A DNA stretch of 64,000 bases from Candidatus Ratteibacteria bacterium (GTDB taxonomy: Bacteria > Ratteibacteria > UBA8468 > B48-G9 > DTJG01): assembly GCA_049971295.1 (NCBI GenBank), contig JBMFLH010000001.1:2245-66244 (forward strand), read 5' to 3'. Below the pieces are notes generated by a model, which worked only from the letters and a program-made list of their open reading frames with translations, did no database searches and was not told the DNA's origin. Position 1 is the stretch's first letter. The number at the start of each line of letters is the position of its first letter. Of the stretch, positions 21,468-31,376 are shown one piece after another. A program made the translations under genes and the position numbers.

Positions 21468-24400
21468 TTATTTAACGTTGAATGTTTTTTCAACAGCAGT
21501 GCCTGTGGAAACATCTTTTACTTTTATTTTCCATAACCCTATTTGTTCATCGAGAGCAAGTGAAATCTTATCCTGAATTTTACCATTTTTTGCTGCAAGG
21601 TTTTTCGTGTAATATTTCATTTCTTTGCCAGAAGGCGATATCAAACATATATTAAAAACATGAAATCCAGGGGTTGATGTTGCCACAATTTCAGCACTGT
21701 AAGAAAATTCTGTACCTTGCTTAACAGTTCCTGGTACCGAAAGATTGATGCTGGTAACTCTGTATGGCAAAAGGCTATACACCTTTGGCTTAATAGGAAT
21801 AAAGTCTGTTGTAATTGTGTTTGTATATCCAATAAATCTTCCTTCCCTGGTATCATAAACGTAAAAGTTTTCAGGAAGCGATATCTGTCCTTTATTTTGT
21901 TTCTCAGCGATTGTATCATCAACTTCCTGAAGAATTCCCAGATACATGTTATTGCCCGCATTGTATCTGTACATTTTCAATCCAGGCACATCAGGCGATA
22001 TCATAATTTTCTTTTTGTTGCCTGCAAATGTCCAGAGTTTATCACAAAAGTCCTTCAATAAGAGAGCGTTTTCTACATTGACCTGGAGTTTCCCTTTTTC
22101 AAGTTCACCTTTTACTGAAGCATACTCCTTCATCGTAAAATTCAAAAGTATTCCCTTACCTTTACCATAGGTATTGGTAATCAGGACCGGTATACCATCA
22201 GCTGAACCAGCGGGTTGACCTGTGGTCACTTTTAAGGTAGTATCAACAATTGTTGCGGGCAGTTTTGAAGGGAAAAAAACATTACCAATTGAAATGTCTG
22301 TTTTCTTGCCACCCGAACGGTCAAAGGTATTCTGGGATATACCAAAAATTTCATCAAGAATTCCAGTTGAATATGATTTACCATGTTCATCACATACACC
22401 TGGTCGCAAATCAGCAATCACTGTGCCACCATTCCTGACGAAATTGATAATCTCTGATGCCTCTTTTTGTGAAAGTGCCTGAGTAAAGGGAAGATATAAA
22501 AATTTGAAATTGCCTGTATTGAGTATTCCATCCTCAATCTGCTTGGAAGAAATAATTTTGAATTGTCGTTGCGTATCTTCCATCACTGTTACAATGCTAT
22601 CCAGAACTTCTGCCATCGTTGGAAATTTGGGAGATAATGTCGCCATATGTACACTTGATGCCGAATATAAAATTGCTGTCTGATCGTAGTCTTTTTTTGA
22701 CGCCATAAACAGTTTACCGATACCAGATTTGATTTCATTGACCTGCGCAAGTGTAATCTTGAAAAAATCATAAAAAGAAAAATCAGAGGCAGTTGTACTA
22801 AGATTTTGCCCCGGAAAACCTGTCCACATAAAAACACCTGTCGCACCTTTAAAAAGATTTCTCCATGGGAAATAGTAATTAAATAATTTACCTTCCCTGC
22901 AGAAGGAATAACCACCTGTCCATCCAAAAGAAAGAAGGCTATTGGGCTGAGCAAAATCTTTAATAGCACAATCTATAAAAGGTCTTGTATAGTCACCGTT
23001 GAGATTGATAGCATTCATCAACTTGTAAAAGTCAGCAGCTTTAAAGGTGTTTACTTCAGCATCTGTTCCTTCGTAGCCAACCCTTGCATATGGAATTTTT
23101 TTCCGTATCACATCAGCAGCGTACTGATACGAACCCGCCCAGACACTTTCCATGCATCGTCTGTAATCAACCCAAAGAGGGATTAAATCAGGATTTTTTA
23201 TTGCAACCTGATAGGTTACAGGTTGCACTTCTAAAAATGAATTATAGTGTGAGTTATACTCCTTATTCAGGTTCTGAATGGTTTTGTATTCCTGTTGAAT
23301 AAATTCCTGGAATTTCTTTACGCAATATGGACAGAAACACAACTCATAGCCAGCGGGTGAAAAATGCAATTCATCGCCCATTGTGAACTCACACACCGAA
23401 AAATCTTTTACCTTATCAATGTCCTTATTCAAACCATCCGCAATCTTTTGCAAAACCTCAGGGTCATTGAGACATGGAACCCTCACATGATCTGAAGGGT
23501 CTCTTGGAGATTTTCTGTCAGCAAAAAACCATGTCACAGACTCGCATATACCAATGAAATTAAGATTTGCAAAGGGTATCATATCAGAAAACTGTGGATA
23601 GATTGTATCAATGCCAGCATTGTAATATAATTTATACAAATAAAAAGACAAATATGCTGTGTCAACAGGTCCACACCACATGATTGACCTGAAGTCATCA
23701 AGTGGTTCAATATCTGAAATAGAAAATTTTTGATTTTTTTCTGCAAGAATTTTTCCATCCTTTATCAATTGAACATTAATGTTATTCACAACTGTAAGAT
23801 AACTGGCTGGCAAAAGAGTGAAGTTTATTTCTCTGGAATCCACAGTTAGTGTTTTCTGCTGCAGAAGTCTGCCGAAATTATCTCTGTGCTGAATCCTTAA
23901 AATTAATCCGTTTTCAGGTTGCTGTTTCAAAACGATTTTTCCACCTATGGTATCGCTTGTCCTGAAACTCTTGTTCATTTCAATTTTTTCAATATCCTGT
24001 TGAGAGGATACCTCTAAAAAACAGCTCCCAAAATCAATCACCTTTCCACCATTTTTTATCCACACATCAACGTAGTATGAACCCGCCGCGAGATTGTCAA
24101 AATTTCCAGCAAGATTATTTTTGCCGGGATTCAGTTTAAGATTTTTCTCATCATTAAGAACTTCCTCCCCTGATTTTTTTCTGATAATAAAATTACAACT
24201 AATAGATTTTTCTTTTTGGCTTTCCACATTGAAATTGATGTTAATCTGCCTGCCATAGTCAACCATTACATAATCAGGGCCTGTAAGAATGCATTCAGGT
24301 TGTCTGTCAGCAGCCCATAAAATGGCTCGTATGATAAAGGCAAGATAGTAATCATAATCGCTATAATCGGTCTCAAGTGCACTTTTCTTTGGCTTTACGG

Positions 24401-25082
24401 GACACAAAAAATGCATCGCAGAATCAGCCACATAGTTTTTTATAATAAAAATTTTCCCCTTACCAAACGAATAGCAGAAGAAAGTTGATTTCACAAATTC
24501 GTCAAAACTGCGATATTTTTCAAATGCAGGCAATGCCCTGTATGGAAAAACAAACTGAAGATTCAGTGGCACCTTGTTTGTTGTTGCCCGTGTTAGATAC
24601 TCATCTGTATCCTGACCTGTCCTTTGATAGAACAAGAAATTCGTACCCTCTTTGATTTTTTTCAGTAACTCATATCTTGCCCACAATGGTAAAACATTCC
24701 AGCTAATACCTGAAACAATGACATCATAACTACCAGAAAGTTTCTCCTTTAAAATTTTGTCGTAGAATTCTGTCGTAATATTCGGTGGCAGAGCATAGTG
24801 TGGCTGAAGGTAATTGTATGGAGTGTCTGACGCAAATACATCATATTTTATATCCATTCGCTGAGATATTTCGACAATTTCCCTGAAACCTCCATTTAAT
24901 CTATAACCCAGAAATAACACTCTCAATGGCGGCTGAGCAGAAGGTTTCAACCATTTAATATGAGGAGTAACAACCTCTTCGTCTGGCATAAAATACTTGC
25001 TTCCATATCCTGGTAATTCATAGCCAAATATGATACTACAAAACAAAAAAGACACTCCTGCGAGCCACAATGCTTTGCTCAT
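21468..25082 (-). CDS. Giant secreted multidomain protein (1204 aa) with a GH42-like (beta-galactosidase family) glycoside hydrolase core
   Basis: N-terminal signal peptide. Cys cluster CFCPYCVKKFQEFIQQEYKTIQNLNKEYNSHY resembles the GH42 Zn site and the F..WL..Y....LN..W region. C-terminal GGTVIADLRPG-containing domain resembles the GH42 trimerisation domain. Confidence 0.45.
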   Translation of the reverse strand: MSKALWLAGVSFLFCSIIFGYELPGYGSKYFMPDEEVVTPHIKWLKPSAQPPLRVLFLGYRLNGGFREIVEISQRMDIKYDVFASDTPYNYLQPHYALPPNITTEFYDKILKEKLSGSYDVIVSGISWNVLPLWARYELLKKIKEGTNFLFYQRTGQDTDEYLTRATTNKVPLNLQFVFPYRALPAFEKYRSFDEFVKSTFFCYSFGKGKIFIIKNYVADSAMHFLCPVKPKKSALETDYSDYDYYLAFIIRAILWAADRQPECILTGPDYVMVDYGRQININFNVESQKEKSISCNFIIRKKSGEEVLNDEKNLKLNPGKNNLAGNFDNLAAGSYYVDVWIKNGGKVIDFGSCFLEVSSQQDIEKIEMNKSFRTSDTIGGKIVLKQQPENGLILRIQHRDNFGRLLQQKTLTVDSREINFTLLPASYLTVVNNINVQLIKDGKILAEKNQKFSISDIEPLDDFRSIMWCGPVDTAYLSFYLYKLYYNAGIDTIYPQFSDMIPFANLNFIGICESVTWFFADRKSPRDPSDHVRVPCLNDPEVLQKIADGLNKDIDKVKDFSVCEFTMGDELHFSPAGYELCFCPYCVKKFQEFIQQEYKTIQNLNKEYNSHYNSFLEVQPVTYQVAIKNPDLIPLWVDYRRCMESVWAGSYQYAADVIRKKIPYARVGYEGTDAEVNTFKAADFYKLMNAINLNGDYTRPFIDCAIKDFAQPNSLLSFGWTGGYSFCREGKLFNYYFPWRNLFKGATGVFMWTGFPGQNLSTTASDFSFYDFFKITLAQVNEIKSGIGKLFMASKKDYDQTAILYSASSVHMATLSPKFPTMAEVLDSIVTVMEDTQRQFKIISSKQIEDGILNTGNFKFLYLPFTQALSQKEASEIINFVRNGGTVIADLRPGVCDEHGKSYSTGILDEIFGISQNTFDRSGGKKTDISIGNVFFPSKLPATIVDTTLKVTTGQPAGSADGIPVLITNTYGKGKGILLNFTMKEYASVKGELEKGKLQVNVENALLLKDFCDKLWTFAGNKKKIMISPDVPGLKMYRYNAGNNMYLGILQEVDDTIAEKQNKGQISLPENFYVYDTREGRFIGYTNTITTDFIPIKPKVYSLLPYRVTSINLSVPGTVKQGTEFSYSAEIVATSTPGFHVFNICLISPSGKEMKYYTKNLAAKNGKIQDKISLALDEQIGLWKIKVKDVSTGTAVEKTFNVK

Positions 25083-25094
25083 TGATTGCCTCCT

Positions 25095-25805
25095 CTAATT
25101 TGAAAACAGTTTTTCAAACAAATATTGCGAGAAATCTTGCTTCAGCTCATAAATCAGAAAATAACCATCCCTTTCAATCTTATCAAGATATTTCTGCTCA
25201 AGTTTTTTTCTCAAAGATTCAGCTTCTGCACCCTGAAGGTTATTTTCTCTAATCAGGTCATCAAGAGATGCCTTCAAAATCGGTCTATATTTTTGAGCAC
25301 ACATCTCAATGCTCTTTTTATAATTTTCTCTACTTTCTATCAAAAGATTAATCCGTTCTGCTATCTGCCTTGCATCTGCGTTAAATTCAGGCGTTTGCAT
25401 GAGGACTGAAATATCTTTAATCGTACCTTTTTCTATAACAGATTTCACTCTTGTAAAAATAGCAGGATCCTGACCCTGTGGAACCGCTTTTTCCATTGAA
25501 GGAACCACTTTTAATATCACACTACAGGCAGAGGCAAGATTATTTTGAAAAATGTAAGATAAACAGAGCATCAATCCTGCTTTTACCTTTATCTCAAAAG
25601 GGGTGTCGTCATTATTAATGAGCTTTATCAATTCATCAGTTAGTTGTCCATACTGATTTGCTGTATCAGTTATAAAGGATGACATAAATTTCTCGTAAAT
25701 AGTCTGATAAATTATAGTTTTTGAATCAGTGGTTCCCTTTTGAGCAAAGGAAGAAATAGAAAAAAATAACAGACATACTACAGTACGCATACAAATTTTG
25801 CCCAA
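25095..25805 (-). CDS. Secreted hypothetical protein (all-alpha, 236 aa)
   Basis: Signal peptide MRTVVCLLFFSISSFAQ. No recognisable motifs. Confidence 0.5.
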   Translation of the reverse strand: MGKICMRTVVCLLFFSISSFAQKGTTDSKTIIYQTIYEKFMSSFITDTANQYGQLTDELIKLINNDDTPFEIKVKAGLMLCLSYIFQNNLASACSVILKVVPSMEKAVPQGQDPAIFTRVKSVIEKGTIKDISVLMQTPEFNADARQIAERINLLIESRENYKKSIEMCAQKYRPILKASLDDLIRENNLQGAEAESLRKKLEQKYLDKIERDGYFLIYELKQDFSQYLFEKLFSN

Positions 25806-25831
25806 CGTGTCCTCCCTGTTGTTTCCTCACA

Positions 25832-26530
25832 TCAATAATTCGCTATGGTCAGGTCTGCCCTCAATATGTCATAGACTGGAAGTAAATAATGTATCCTATC
25901 TTCATTGCATGCTTCAACATGTCCATCAGCAAACCATGCATTAGCAAAACCTGTATGTTTTAGATGTATGCATGCGCCCTGGGTATATGAGTAGTAGTAA
26001 ACTGCGTAAGGTTTTCCGACATTCCCGGCAGCAACAAGAGACGAATCCAGTAACCATGGGAACTCTGCTGGTTTTGGTAAATTGGTTATCCTGAGATACC
26101 AGGGTCCTGAAGGACTGTCCCGCCTTACATTTTTATTTCTTGATGTTGGACAAGGAAATTGCCAGCCAAAAATGGTTGGGTCTCTATAGTATGCAGCATT
26201 GACATCTATTGCAATACCGTTATATGCCCAGTTAAAAGGCTTCTGCCTGTTCGTGGGGCAAACAACAAGTTCCTGATTTTTTAGATATCCCTTAACAAAA
26301 TAAGGCTGAAGTCCAGTATAACCGGGCTGACCCACTGCCAACCAACCATCCCAATCCTCTGCATATAGCACCATTCCCAATCCTACTTGCTTCATATTGT
26401 TCATACATACTGCCTGGCGGGCCTTTTCTCTTGCCCGTGTCAGTACAGGAAGCAACATCGCAGCCAGAATCGCTATGATCGCAATGACAACAAGCAATTC
26501 AATAAGAGTGAAGCCCTTTTTCATTTTCAT
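25832..26530 (-). CDS. DUF1559 prepilin-like protein (N-terminal prepilin-type cleavage/methylation helix plus H-X9-DG domain)
   Basis: [25 protein letters not shown]-terminus; C-terminal [15 protein letters not shown] (H-X9-DG). Confidence 0.8.
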   Translation of the reverse strand: MKMKKGFTLIELLVVIAIIAILAAMLLPVLTRAREKARQAVCMNNMKQVGLGMVLYAEDWDGWLAVGQPGYTGLQPYFVKGYLKNQELVVCPTNRQKPFNWAYNGIAIDVNAAYYRDPTIFGWQFPCPTSRNKNVRRDSPSGPWYLRITNLPKPAEFPWLLDSSLVAAGNVGKPYAVYYYSYTQGACIHLKHTGFANAWFADGHVEACNEDRIHYLLPVYDILRADLTIANY

Positions 26531-27587
26531 TCACCTCCTTTGTGTTTTTCAAATTCAATTGACATGGCAAAACAATTTCAATTTTTCGCTTTTCTCCAGT
26601 TATCAATTTCTTTAGAGATTCTCCCGCACATTTGCCAATCTCAGAAAGTGGCTGAATGACTTCATGAATATATCTTTTTTCCTCATATTCCACAGGAACC
26701 TCATCAAATGTAGCAATTTCAAGTTCATCAGGAATCCTTATCTTTTTGTTTCTCACCACATGTAGAACAATATCAAGCAGGCCTCCTCTCAACACAATCA
26801 CAGCTGTTGGTTTATATTCATCAAGCATTTTCTCAAAACATTCCTTCAATCCTGAAAATTCAAGAGGATCATGTTGTTTGATTTTAATGGTTACTATTGC
26901 TTTTTCGTTCTGTTCAATTCCTGCTTTCCTGCAGGCATTGATGAATCCCTGATATCGTTGCATTGCATATGAAATTTCCGTTATCTTGCCGACAAAGCCG
27001 ATTTTCCTGTGTCCCTTTTTTATCAAAAATTCTGTAATTTCCTCTCCTGCCTTTTCATGCCAGGCACTCACATAATTAATTCCTTTTTCAACTCTGTTAA
27101 CAGTAACAACAGGCATCATAAAATGGGTTTGTAATTTCTTTATCACAGAAATGTGATTGGAAAATGGTGCAATCCAGATCATCCCGTCAATATCCAGATT
27201 CTTCATCTTCACACAAAGTTCAGAATAACTACAATGATAAGGAAGAATGTGCATGCTAACATTATCAAACGACTCACTGTTTAACATCCCGGAAACAACC
27301 GATGCAATAAAAGAATCTTTCATATCCCGTTTTGGAGGAAGGATTACCATATAATGGAGCAATGATTCAGGTCGCAACTTCTTTTGAATAAAAGTACCTC
27401 TTCCTGGAATTCTTACCACAAGAGATTCTTGTTCAAGTTCATCAAGCGCACGGCGAACAGTAATGTGGCTAACACCAAACTGGCGTGTCAGTTGATTTTC
27501 TGTGGGCAACCGATCTCTTTCTTTCCCCTGTTCAATAATTTTCAACAAATAGTCTCTTATCCCTTCATAAAGGAATCGCTTCGTCAT
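26499..27587 (-). CDS. AraR-like transcriptional regulator (GntR-family HTH fused to a LacI/PBP-type sugar-binding domain)
   Basis: Gnt[45 protein letters not shown], followed by a periplasmic-binding-protein-like effector domain. Confidence 0.7.
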   Translation of the reverse strand: MTKRFLYEGIRDYLLKIIEQGKERDRLPTENQLTRQFGVSHITVRRALDELEQESLVVRIPGRGTFIQKKLRPESLLHYMVILPPKRDMKDSFIASVVSGMLNSESFDNVSMHILPYHCSYSELCVKMKNLDIDGMIWIAPFSNHISVIKKLQTHFMMPVVTVNRVEKGINYVSAWHEKAGEEITEFLIKKGHRKIGFVGKITEISYAMQRYQGFINACRKAGIEQNEKAIVTIKIKQHDPLEFSGLKECFEKMLDEYKPTAVIVLRGGLLDIVLHVVRNKKIRIPDELEIATFDEVPVEYEEKRYIHEVIQPLSEIGKCAGESLKKLITGEKRKIEIVLPCQLNLKNTKEVNENEKGLHSY

Positions 27588-27676
27588 TTCGCTTTTTTTA
27601 ACATTTCTGTTTTCATGATATTATAATATAAATTATAAATTTGTTTGTCAAGTCAGCACAATATGAAAGGAGAGAA

Positions 27677-28747
27677 ATGGAGAAGAACAAAAGGTGGGTT
27701 CACCCCCTGTGCAAGCCGCTTGAGACAAGTTCAAATGGTCCATTTATTATGCTGTCTGAAAAGCAAATTTTTACGATTGATAATGAAGGCGCAAAGATAA
27801 GCGAAGATGAAGGAAAAAATTGGAAACATCTCTCGTTCGTTAGTGAGGGTATTAATCAATCCTGTCCAAGTACCCTTGGACTTTTGAAAACAAAAAATAA
27901 TACAATTGTTCTTCTATATCTTGACTTCAAAACATACAGGTTTTCCTGGAATAATGAAATCAATGAACCTCAACAGGATTGTAAACTGGAATTATGGGCC
28001 ATACGCAGCACTAATGGTGGGAAAACATGGAAGGACAAACAAAAAATCCTTGATGGCTATAATGCAGACTTTTTTGGATTTATCCAGACAAGAACCGGAA
28101 GAATTCTGGCAAGCGTTGAACACCTTGTTAGTAACCCTGCAAGGTGGGTAAGTTTTTCAATATACTCTGACGATGAAGGAAAAACGTGGGGAAAAAGCAA
28201 TATCATAGACATCGGAGGACATGGACATCATTCAGGAGCAATGGAACCAACTGTGGCTGAATTAAATGATGGGAGACTTCTGATGCTGATCAGAACAAAT
28301 CTTGACTGGTTCTGGCAGGCAATTTCTGACACAGATGGAAAATACTGGCGCACAATAATGCGAAGCAACATAGACGCCAGCAGCGCCCCGGGTTATTTAA
28401 CAAAATTGCAGAGTGGAAGATTGATACTTGTATGGAACAGAGTGGACCCAGAAAACCAGCAATTTCCCAGAGGACTTCCGAATCCTCAATGCGGTGAAGA
28501 GATAAATTCCAGCTGGCACAGAGAAGAATTATCAATAAGTTTTTCTGAAGATGATGGAAAAACATGGTTAAAACCGATTGTGATTGCAAAGCAAAAAGGG
28601 CAGATCAGTTATCCATATATCTTCGAAAGAAAACTCGGTGAGGTATGGATTACAGCCACCTGGCTGCGAGAACCCGATGGCAGTATTTCAAAAACACCAT
28701 TCAGAGTAAAGATAAAAGAAGAAGAATTTCTGAAAAACAACCGGTGA
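27677..28747 (+). CDS. BNR/Asp-box repeat glycoside hydrolase (sialidase/GH33-like beta-propeller)
   Basis: Four Asp-box repeats (STNGGKTW, SDDEGKTW, SDTDGKYW, SEDDGKTW). Start set at ATG 27677 behind an AAAGGAGAG RBS. Confidence 0.65.
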   Translation: MEKNKRWVHPLCKPLETSSNGPFIMLSEKQIFTIDNEGAKISEDEGKNWKHLSFVSEGINQSCPSTLGLLKTKNNTIVLLYLDFKTYRFSWNNEINEPQQDCKLELWAIRSTNGGKTWKDKQKILDGYNADFFGFIQTRTGRILASVEHLVSNPARWVSFSIYSDDEGKTWGKSNIIDIGGHGHHSGAMEPTVAELNDGRLLMLIRTNLDWFWQAISDTDGKYWRTIMRSNIDASSAPGYLTKLQSGRLILVWNRVDPENQQFPRGLPNPQCGEEINSSWHREELSISFSEDDGKTWLKPIVIAKQKGQISYPYIFERKLGEVWITATWLREPDGSISKTPFRVKIKEEEFLKNNR

Positions 28748-28752
28748 AAAAA

Positions 28753-30759
28753 ATGAAAACAAAATATCAACTGAACGTGTTTGAAAATGAAAAGGAAATT
28801 GGCATTGCCTGTCCTTACTGGATAGTCAAACATTCAAAGGAAAAAGGCGGCACGATTTCAGAAATTATCTTCAAGCAGGGCACTCAAAAAAATATTCTGG
28901 TTGAACCGTTAAGTTCCATGATTTTATTAAAGGAAGGGAATAATTATAATCGTTACTACGAATCTGAATGCAAAAATCCTGAAATAATGGTAGAGGAAAA
29001 AGAAAACATTGTGGTGACCTCACGCGGTACATACACCTGTGAAAATGGACAATGTGCTGATATTAAATACATAACTACATACCATTATAATGATTACGGG
29101 CTTGTAAGTATCACGCTTGAATTGAATTTCTCAAACACAGTAAAAAATATCATATCACTTAGTATCCTGAAGTTCTCTGTCTGTGGTTCATTAAATACTG
29201 CTGGTTATATACCATATGCGCAAAATGGGTTTTACCCATCGAGTTTTGAAAAGGTTATATGGAAGGAATTTGTTCAAAGACACTATTACAACAACGCTCT
29301 GTTAATGGGAAAATTCAGACCCGCGTATTTCTGCATTCTTCAAAGAAGGGTAGAGGGCATTGAAATTTTTAGCCCTGATATCATTGAAGATAACAGGTTT
29401 TTCAATAACAAAGAAAACACTGGATTCTATCAGGCGCGTTACCATGATGTTAAAAACATTGTTGAGATAGAGTTTTCGCCCTATGGAGAATGGCAACTCC
29501 CTATCTCGATGAAAAAAGGAAAATATTTATTTTCATATTTTCTTGGACTTCCTTCTAGCAAAGGGAAAAACGTGGTTCACCAACCATATTTTCATGCAAG
29601 GATTGACAGCAGATGGCCGGATGAAAAACAACTGGATATTCTTGCGAAATCAGGGGTGAAATTGATTCGACTACACAATGATTATAGAGAAGACGGTCCT
29701 TTCTGGCACGATGGGTGTTATCCACCATATGACAGAAAAAACATGGAAAAAATGGACTGGGTGATTGAACAAGTTCACAAACGAAAGATGAAAATCGTTC
29801 CGTATTTTTCTTTGAAGGAACTTCATCCAGATGCTCCTGAGTATAAAAAATTCAGAAAACTCTGGAAAAGAACGATTGATAAAAAATACTCTGTAATTCA
29901 CAATTATGCAGGTACCGGTGAATATGGCGCCCAGATGTGCCTGTGCTCAGGATGGAAAGAATTTAGAAAAAAATCTATAGACATCGTATTGAAAAAACAT
30001 TCTTTTGACGGAGTTTATTATGATTGGGTGGCATCTCTGCATTGCAACAATCCTGCTCATTTTGACGGAAAACAGCATACCGATATTGAACAGCTTATTG
30101 ACCTGATATTCTGGACAAGGAAAAGAGTTGGACCAGATGGAATAGTTTTCCTTCATCTTTCAGGGGTACCTATGATGGTTATTGAGAATACAGCAGATAT
30201 CATCTACACCCATGAAGACCTTCCATGGCTGGCTCCATACCCCGGGGACTTTTCACCTGAAACTGATTTTGCTGGAATCACCGTACATCAAATTACGACT
30301 TGCAATCTCTGCAATGATTCAGAAAAAGAAAAATTCTTTACACTCAGCTGTTTTCTCGAAGGGCTGTGGGTTTGTCCGAGAAATATTTCTGATAATGACC
30401 CTGTTGTAAAAGAAATGAAAAAATTTAGTCAATATGACCTCACATCCTATCAGTTTCAACCAGCCAGCGAAAAACCAGTTCATATCACCAGTACAAATAT
30501 TTACGCGTCTTTGTACTGGAAAACAGATTCAGTTCTGATTTATGTTGCAAACCTCAGCAACCAAAAAACATCAGGAAATATTCATGTCAATCTCACACCG
30601 AAAAACTGGAGTTGTACAACACAGGTAAGAATTAAATCACCTTATCTGATGAAAAAAACTAATATTGAGAAACTTTTTCGATATGGAGAAAAGCTGATAC
30701 TTTCACCATGGGAAAGTTATTTAATAGAAATTGAAAAACCTAAAAGGGGGAGGAAATGA
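28753..30759 (+). CDS. Hypothetical 668-aa protein, possibly a TIM-barrel glycoside-hydrolase-like enzyme
   Basis: Start trimmed to ATG 28753, overlapping the upstream stop. No signal peptide. No family assigned from sequence alone. Confidence 0.5.
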   Translation: MKTKYQLNVFENEKEIGIACPYWIVKHSKEKGGTISEIIFKQGTQKNILVEPLSSMILLKEGNNYNRYYESECKNPEIMVEEKENIVVTSRGTYTCENGQCADIKYITTYHYNDYGLVSITLELNFSNTVKNIISLSILKFSVCGSLNTAGYIPYAQNGFYPSSFEKVIWKEFVQRHYYNNALLMGKFRPAYFCILQRRVEGIEIFSPDIIEDNRFFNNKENTGFYQARYHDVKNIVEIEFSPYGEWQLPISMKKGKYLFSYFLGLPSSKGKNVVHQPYFHARIDSRWPDEKQLDILAKSGVKLIRLHNDYREDGPFWHDGCYPPYDRKNMEKMDWVIEQVHKRKMKIVPYFSLKELHPDAPEYKKFRKLWKRTIDKKYSVIHNYAGTGEYGAQMCLCSGWKEFRKKSIDIVLKKHSFDGVYYDWVASLHCNNPAHFDGKQHTDIEQLIDLIFWTRKRVGPDGIVFLHLSGVPMMVIENTADIIYTHEDLPWLAPYPGDFSPETDFAGITVHQITTCNLCNDSEKEKFFTLSCFLEGLWVCPRNISDNDPVVKEMKKFSQYDLTSYQFQPASEKPVHITSTNIYASLYWKTDSVLIYVANLSNQKTSGNIHVNLTPKNWSCTTQVRIKSPYLMKKTNIEKLFRYGEKLILSPWESYLIEIEKPKRGRK

Positions 30760-31018
30760 AAATAAATAATGCAGCCATCACGACCATAGAACTTCTCACT
30801 CTTATTGCACTTGCCTCGCTTGGAAGCAGTATCTTTTTCCCTGAAATTGTCCGGATAAAAGAAAAAACAAATCAGGCGTTATGCGTAACCAACCTCAAAC
30901 AGTGCTATATGGCACATATGATGTATGCCGCTGATTTCAATGATTACCTGGTTCCAAATGAAAATCCAAAACAACCTGACTACCCGAGGGTGTGGACAAC
31001 AGTGCTGATGGGATATTA
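30751..31018. repeat. Perfect 268-bp direct repeat, copy 2 (native 5' end of the full-length DUF1559 gene)
   Basis: Identical to 19806-20073. This copy is translationally coupled (ATGA) to the upstream 704-aa ORF. Confidence 0.9.
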
Positions 31019-31376
31019 CAAATACATTACTGATAAAAAAATCATCCATTGTCCTTCTGTTGAACCTCAGGCAGCTTCCATCAGTTTCTGTTATGGAAGC
31101 TGGACAAGAAACTTTGAAAAGATTAATCAGTTACCCGAAAAGTACAAAAAATCATCAAAAGAAATTATTCTTCTCGCTGATAGCTGGGCAACAAATATCA
31201 GCAAAGAAATGTGGCTTATTGCGCCACCTCCCACGCAGTATTATGTTGTATCACTTCGCCATGATAAAAAGGCAAATATTCTGTTTCTCGATGGCCATGT
31301 AGAAGCAGTCAGCCCTGATACAGTGCCTAAGGAAGGGTATGCTCCTTTTACACCTACTTTTTTTGCAATTCAGTAA
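30756..31376 (+). CDS. DUF1559 prepilin-like protein, full length (206 aa, H-X9-DG)
   Basis: N-terminal ITTIELLTLIALASLG helix; C-terminal HDKKANILFLDGHVEAVS. ATGA overlap with the upstream ORF. Confidence 0.8.
   Translation: MKINNAAITTIELLTLIALASLGSSIFFPEIVRIKEKTNQALCVTNLKQCYMAHMMYAADFNDYLVPNENPKQPDYPRVWTTVLMGYYKYITDKKIIHCPSVEPQAASISFCYGSWTRNFEKINQLPEKYKKSSKEIILLADSWATNISKEMWLIAPPPTQYYVVSLRHDKKANILFLDGHVEAVSPDTVPKEGYAPFTPTFFAIQ

Noticed and set aside
28645-28752. Upstream extension of the 704-aa ORF overlapping the BNR gene by 100 nt
   Set aside because: An internal ATG at 28753 overlaps the BNR stop codon (a typical coupled arrangement). The extension has no homology.
19799-31376. Classical integrative mobile element (integrase, excisionase, transposase, tRNA 3'-end direct repeats)
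   Set aside because: No recombinase-like ORF and no tRNA-derived direct repeat were found. The repeats present are gene-derived (DUF1559 5' end).
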